Shown here one piece after another: positions 58,746-64,000 of a stretch of DNA of 64,000 bases. The notes under the pieces are model-generated. The model did not search any database, had not been told where the DNA came from, and saw only the letters and a list, made by a program, of their open reading frames with translations. The position numbers and the translations under genes were made by a program. The stretch comes from Ignavibacteriota bacterium (GTDB lineage: Bacteria; Bacteroidota; Ignavibacteria; UBA10030): contig CAVSHO010000009.1 in the NCBI GenBank assembly GCA_963727825.1, positions 576,001 through 640,000 on the forward strand. Reading direction: 5' to 3'. Position 1 is the stretch's first letter; every line of letters begins with the position of its first letter.

Positions 58746-60047
58746 ATGTTCATGCAATACATCATTGATGTTTTAGTAATTCTTCTCTTCGTTTTCCTAA
58801 ACGGATTTTTTGTCGCTGCTGAGTTTGCCATTGTCAAAGTGCGACTTACACAAATTGAACCGTTAGTGATCAAAGGAAACTGGCATGCCAAAATCGCTCG
58901 AGAGATGCTACTTCACTCAACCGCATATCTTTCGGCGACACAATTGGGAATTACCATGACTTCATTGGTTCTTGGATGGATCGGTGAACCGCTCGCTGCA
59001 AAAATGTTGCTTCCCGTATTTCAATGGATCGGGATTATTCAACCCAGTATTATTCATGGCGTTTCTTTCGCAGTCGCATTTGCGCTAATAACCACTGTCC
59101 ATATTGTCGTGGGTGAACAAGCGCCGAAAGTGCTTGCTATTCAAAAATCCCGAGAAACCATTCTTCTGATTTCTTCACCAATGCGTATTTTTTTCTTCCT
59201 ATTCAAACCAATTATTACTTTACTGAACACATCCTCCAACAACTTGCTTCGACTAATCGGAATTAAGGCATCCGCAGATTCTGAATTAGCTAATACAGAA
59301 GAAGAACTCCGCCTAATTCTTGCTCACGACACTCACGTCTCCACCACTACGCGAAACATCGCGCTCAATGCTATGGATTTTCACCTGAAACAAGCACGGC
59401 ATTCAATGATTCCTCGTAGAGAGATTATTGCACTATCTGCACTTGCTCCGGTTAAGGAAACTATATCCATAATGCGTACGAACAAGTTTTCCCGTTTTCC
59501 CGTTTTCAAAGATACAATTGACAATATTATCGGTGTCGTTTATACAAAAGACATATTCAAACATGACAAGCATTTGCAGACAGATTTTACGCTGAATTCT
59601 GTTCTCCGGGACGCAACATTTTTGCCGGAAACAGCTTCGCTCGAAAGAGTGCTGACCACAAGTCTACAGAAAAAGACCCACATGATAATTCTCGTCGATG
59701 AATATGGCGGCACAGCAGGCATCATCACACTGGAGAATGTGCTGGAAGAACTTGTTGGAAATATACAAGACGAGTTTGATAAAGAAATACCTGATATTCT
59801 AAAAATTGCTGAAAACGAATTTATTGTTGCCGGTTACATTACTACAAGCGATGTTGAACGGCTTTTTTCAATTGAACTTTCACCTTTAGACATTCGTTCA
59901 ATAGGGGGATTTATGATTGAGCGGCTTGGCCATATCCCCATTGTAGGTGAACATTTGCAGCTTAATGGCATTGAATTCACGACAGAAAAGGTTGCCGATA
60001 ACGCCGTTGAATCAATCCGAATAAAGAAATTACCAATAGTTAACTAG
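58746..60047 (+). CDS. Hemolysin/CNNM family CBS-CorC protein
   Basis: NGFFVAAEFA, QLGIT, GEQAPK, SRFPV and VDEYGG motifs. Confidence 0.93.
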   Translation: MFMQYIIDVLVILLFVFLNGFFVAAEFAIVKVRLTQIEPLVIKGNWHAKIAREMLLHSTAYLSATQLGITMTSLVLGWIGEPLAAKMLLPVFQWIGIIQPSIIHGVSFAVAFALITTVHIVVGEQAPKVLAIQKSRETILLISSPMRIFFFLFKPIITLLNTSSNNLLRLIGIKASADSELANTEEELRLILAHDTHVSTTTRNIALNAMDFHLKQARHSMIPRREIIALSALAPVKETISIMRTNKFSRFPVFKDTIDNIIGVVYTKDIFKHDKHLQTDFTLNSVLRDATFLPETASLERVLTTSLQKKTHMIILVDEYGGTAGIITLENVLEELVGNIQDEFDKEIPDILKIAENEFIVAGYITTSDVERLFSIELSPLDIRSIGGFMIERLGHIPIVGEHLQLNGIEFTTEKVADNAVESIRIKKLPIVN

Positions 60048-60078
60048 GACTGAATTTAGTATTTAAAAGAGTCTTTAT

Positions 60079-61134
60079 ATGCCAGATGCATCAGATCCAT
60101 TGGCACAGAATATCACTCAGACAGAAATAGAAACGAAAGCTGTTAACGATGTCTTTATCGGTATGGGCGGTTGGGAGTTGCCGCCTTTTGATGGAATATT
60201 TTATCCATCGAAACAGGAAAAAGGATTTCGCAAACTTGAATATTACAGCCGATTCTTTGATTTGGTTGAAGTGAATGCGACCTTTTACAATTCGTCATTA
60301 TCGCCGCAGCAGTCATTGCAATGGATAAAAGATGTAAGCGCAAATAAACGATTCGTATTTACTATAAAACTCTTTCGCGGTTTTACTCACACTTTTGATG
60401 CAACCAAGGACGACGCACTGGCAATACATCGGCTTCTAGAGCCATTGCGTGAAGCAAATAAATTTAGCGGACTGTTGATTCAATTCCCTTCAGCATTTTC
60501 AAAATCAAGTTCTCGGCTGGCGTATCTAATCAAGCTCCGTACGGCATTTCCAGAAGATCGTTTATTTCTAGATCTCCGGCACCGATCATGGAATGAAGAA
60601 CTATTCTATAAATTTTGTTATGAAAATGGTTTTAACCTTGCTAATATTGATTTACCACGTTTACCCGGACATATCCCTTTTAATTCTTTTGCATGGGATA
60701 GCGTTGCATATTTCCGAATGATGGGACGTAACGCATCGGCTTGGAATAAACCGAGAAATAACGACCGTTATCTGTATCCTTACAGCGAAGAAGAACTGCG
60801 AGACCTTGTTGAACGCATTAAGCATCTCAATACACAAACAACATACGTCGTATTTCATAATGATCGCCAGGCATTCTCGTTAGTGAACGGCAGGCAAGTT
60901 GAACATGCTTTAAGCCCTTCAAAACATCTGAACGCACCGATAAATCTTCTGGCGGCATTCCCACAATTAAAGATTTTTTGTGAGCCTCCATCCATCGATG
61001 ATGAACTATTTTCTCCAACACTCAAGCCAGAACCTTCCATTATTCACCGCAGCAAATTCCATCCCAATAATTCCACGGCTGACGCACCAATGTTACAAAG
61101 TCGCATTATTAAAAGGAAAAAGAATAAAAAATAA
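60079..61134 (+). CDS. DUF72 domain protein
   Basis: VEVNATFY, QFPSAF, RHRSW, YFRMMGRN and RYLYPYS motifs. Confidence 0.9.
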   Translation: MPDASDPLAQNITQTEIETKAVNDVFIGMGGWELPPFDGIFYPSKQEKGFRKLEYYSRFFDLVEVNATFYNSSLSPQQSLQWIKDVSANKRFVFTIKLFRGFTHTFDATKDDALAIHRLLEPLREANKFSGLLIQFPSAFSKSSSRLAYLIKLRTAFPEDRLFLDLRHRSWNEELFYKFCYENGFNLANIDLPRLPGHIPFNSFAWDSVAYFRMMGRNASAWNKPRNNDRYLYPYSEEELRDLVERIKHLNTQTTYVVFHNDRQAFSLVNGRQVEHALSPSKHLNAPINLLAAFPQLKIFCEPPSIDDELFSPTLKPEPSIIHRSKFHPNNSTADAPMLQSRIIKRKKNKK

Positions 61135-61766
61135 TGTCAACGAACCATCTGCCTCAGCTTCAACTACTTTTTAATAAGTATGGAAACAAAAAACATCCGC
61201 TGGATTATGCAAATATTTATCAGCTTGTGATAATGGTAGTGCTTTCCGCACAGACTACGGATGTAATTGTAAACAAATTGGCACCGGAACTATTCAAACA
61301 TTTTCCATCAATGAAGCATCTTGCAAAAGCGGATCCTGAAGAATTATTTCCGTTCATTAAATCTGTACGAGGATTTCGAAAAAAAGCAGATTGGCTCGTG
61401 CGAATTGCTAAAAACTTAGGTGATGAGAAGAAAATACAACTTACGATAAAAGAGCTAACGGAACTTCCAGGTATCGGCAGAAAATCGGCAAATGTGATTA
61501 TTCGTGAAGCTGGAGGAGCGCCTCAAGGCATCATTATTGATTTGCATGTTCTGCGGGTCATACCCCGGCTTGGTATTACCGCAGAAAACAAGCTCGATAA
61601 AATCGAAAAGGTGTTGATGGATCTTATTCCGAAGAGGTATTGGAATAAAGCGGGCATGTCGTTTTCCTATCTTGGCAGGGAATTGTGCAGACCAACAAAA
61701 CCAAACTGTTTAGAATGTGTTATGAACAATGTCTGTAAGTACTGTAAAGATAATAAACTTGTCTAA
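61134..61766 (+). CDS. nth: Endonuclease III
   Basis: LSAQTTD, LPGIGRKSAN HhH, DLHV and C-x6-C-x2-C-x5-C motifs. Confidence 0.92.
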   Translation: MSTNHLPQLQLLFNKYGNKKHPLDYANIYQLVIMVVLSAQTTDVIVNKLAPELFKHFPSMKHLAKADPEELFPFIKSVRGFRKKADWLVRIAKNLGDEKKIQLTIKELTELPGIGRKSANVIIREAGGAPQGIIIDLHVLRVIPRLGITAENKLDKIEKVLMDLIPKRYWNKAGMSFSYLGRELCRPTKPNCLECVMNNVCKYCKDNKLV

Positions 61767-61888
61767 ATGCACAATTGGGTGAGGAGAACTAATTGAGAAA
61801 TTAACATATAAGATGTGTTTGAAACTTATACCTCTTTTCCGTACTATCGAAGGAAAACAATGCCTGCCACAACAAATGTACGTGAACT

Positions 61889-64000
61889 ATGAAAAAGAAA
61901 ACCGTCATTCAAACAATTCGTTATAAATCTGCGCCTGTCCATAAACCATTGCAAATACACAAATTGCGCTGGCAGTGTGATCCAAAATCGCTTGGTATAA
62001 AAACCACAAACGACATTCATCCGACACGCGAAATTATCGGGCAGGAACGTGCTCTTCGTGCATTGCGCGTCGGATTGGAGATGGAACACGACGGATATAA
62101 TATTTTTGTTACAGGCATCACAGGCACTGGACGAACAACTACTATAAAGCGCCTTCTGCAGGACTTTGAGAAGAAACCCGCTCAGTTGAAAGACCACTGT
62201 TATGTGTATAATTTTAAGAACCCGGATACGCCTATTGCCATCTCTCTTCCTTCCGGCCAGGGACGCGGACTTAAGCAGGATATGGAAAATTTTATAAAAG
62301 AATTATTGCGAGATATCCCTGCGATCTATGAAAGCCAACGTTACCAGCAGGCACGCAAGAAATTAGTAACTCATTTTCAGGAACGGCAGAAAAGCGTTCT
62401 TAAGGATTTTGAACGTCGTGTAAAGGAACACGGTTTTGATCTAGTACAAGTGCAAGCTGGCAATTCAATGCGTCCAGACATTGTCCCAGTAGTAAACGGA
62501 ACACCTATGGGATTAGATCAAATAGAAGCACTTGTTCAGAAAAATGAGTTTAGCAAAGAACAATTTGATACCATGCGCGATGTATTAACGGATTTAGAAA
62601 AACAAATGGCAATTGTCTTCCGCGAACTGCGAAATATCGAAAAAAAGGTACAGGTATCGTTAAGCGAATTGGAGGAACAGCTTGTCATGCCGGCGGTTGA
62701 CGAAGCAATGGGTATTTTAAATGCAACATATGAACATCCAAAATTACGTTCGTATTTTGAAGAAGCACGAATGAGCATTCGAAATAATCTTGACCGATTT
62801 CGCAAACAACAGATAAATCTTCCATCTCAGGATGCGCAACAGGAAGAAGATAGTGAAGAAAAAAAAGAAGAAGATCGGTTTTTAGAGTTTCAGGTCAATG
62901 TGTTAGTAGATAATTCAGAAACACAGCATGTTTCGATTGTTATTGAAACAAATCCAAAATATAAAAACATATTCGGCATTGTGGAACGTGACATTGAGAA
63001 AGGCGGTGTATGGCGCACCGACTTTACTAAAATTAAAGCCGGTTCGCTTCTGCGTGCTGATGGCGGATACCTTGTTCTTAACGCGCTTGATGTACTCATC
63101 GAGCCGGGTGTTTGGCAAGATTTAAAACGTACACTGCGTACCGGGTTGATTGATATTCAAACGTATGAACCGTTGTTTGGATTTGCCGCTGCAAGCTTAA
63201 AGCCGGAACCGATTGAGATTAATGTGAAAGTGATTATGATCGGTGAAACGGAACTATACAACCTTTTATATTTTCGCGATGAGGACTTTAAAAGACTTTT
63301 AAAATTCGTGCGGACTTTGATTTTGAAATGCCTAAAACAAAAGGCACTGTGGCGCAGTACATACGCTTCGTTAAAATGGTTTGCGATGACGAAAAATTGC
63401 TGCCGTTCAGTTCCTCCGCCCTAACACAAATCGTCGAGTTTGGTGTACGCCTTGCGGGACACCGACAAAAGATTTCTACCCGCTTCAATATCATTGCCGA
63501 CGTAGCACGTGAAGCCAGTTACTGGGCGCGAAAAGAACAAGCCGAGATTGTTCTCTGCAATCACGTGGAGCGAGCTTTGGATGAACGCATCTATCGTGTA
63601 AAATTGGTAGAAGAAAAAATTCAAGAAATGATATACAACGGCACGATTATGATCGACACAGAGGGCGCACAAATAGGGCAGGTGAACGGTCTCTCGGTGT
63701 ACGACATTGGCGAATATGAGTTTGGTAAACCATCCCGTATCACAGCGCGCACATCGCTTGGACGTAATGGTATTATAAACATAGAGCGCGATGCTGAATT
63801 AAGCGGCCCTACACACAACAAGGGCGTAGCTATTCTCAGCGGATATTTCCGAAGTACGTTTGCGCAAAACAAACCGCTGATAATGGACGCAAGTATTACA
63901 TTCGAACAATCGTATGGCGGCGTCGACGGTGACAGCGCCTCTTCTACAGAAATCTATGCTATCCTTTCCAGCCTTTCAGAAGTTCCAATTCGTCAAGACA
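61889..64000 (+). CDS. Lon-type (LonB/LonC-like, S16) ATP-dependent protease, frameshifted at ~63300 and 3'-truncated by the window edge
   Basis: IIGQERA, GTGRTT and GSLLRADGGYL motifs. The -1 frame continues KIRADFD...GQVNGLSV...FEQSYGGVDGDSASS (catalytic Ser). Confidence 0.88.

Noticed and set aside
55762-61766. Anti-phage defence island around the helicase-like gene
   Set aside because: Neighbours are housekeeping-type (CNNM, DUF72, nth, Lon); no nuclease or effector partner is seen.
103-63872. Many short ORFs antisense to or nested in the long genes (e.g. 4119-4310 poly-Leu, 8885-9307, 32873-33337)
   Set aside because: They are shadow frames of well-supported genes; the poly-Leu ORF is just the antisense of the Gln repeat.
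1-64000. tRNA, rRNA, transposase or prophage genes
   Set aside because: No cloverleaf/T-loop signatures, rRNA-like stretches, DDE or tyrosine recombinase motifs, or phage structural genes were recognised.

Overview
A 64-kb bacterial chromosomal window. Gene content and E. coli-type TTGxxx-17-TAxxxT promoters suggest Ignavibacteria/Bacteroidota sensu lato (inference). In order, it holds: the 3' part of a glycosyltransferase-polysaccharide deacetylase fusion; a moxR-DUF58-bat operon; ldh, an LD-carboxypeptidase and an AlkD-like gene; a complete trpEGDCFBA operon with an unannotated WWW leader peptide and terminator; assorted hydrolases and sensors; and an apparently exported AmmeMemoRadiSam system linked to a membrane spermidine-synthase-like protein. 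Further on are a degenerate integrase-less integron cassette array (43.6-45.6 kb), lipid-related genes, an SF1 helicase-like protein with degenerate motifs and a frameshifted Lon-type protease running off the end. The best candidate for an undescribed system is at 38.5-41.9 kb. There, a small secreted protein ending in CPPWC, a stand-alone 7-TM membrane protein, a sensor-less single-TM histidine kinase and a NarL/LuxR regulator sit next to a divergent promoter with mirror-symmetric arrays of TGTCGT/ACGACA boxes. This looks like a peptide-ligand, split-receptor signalling (quorum-sensing-like) module. No rRNA, tRNA or CRISPR array was seen. All family assignments come from motif recognition by eye, not database searches.
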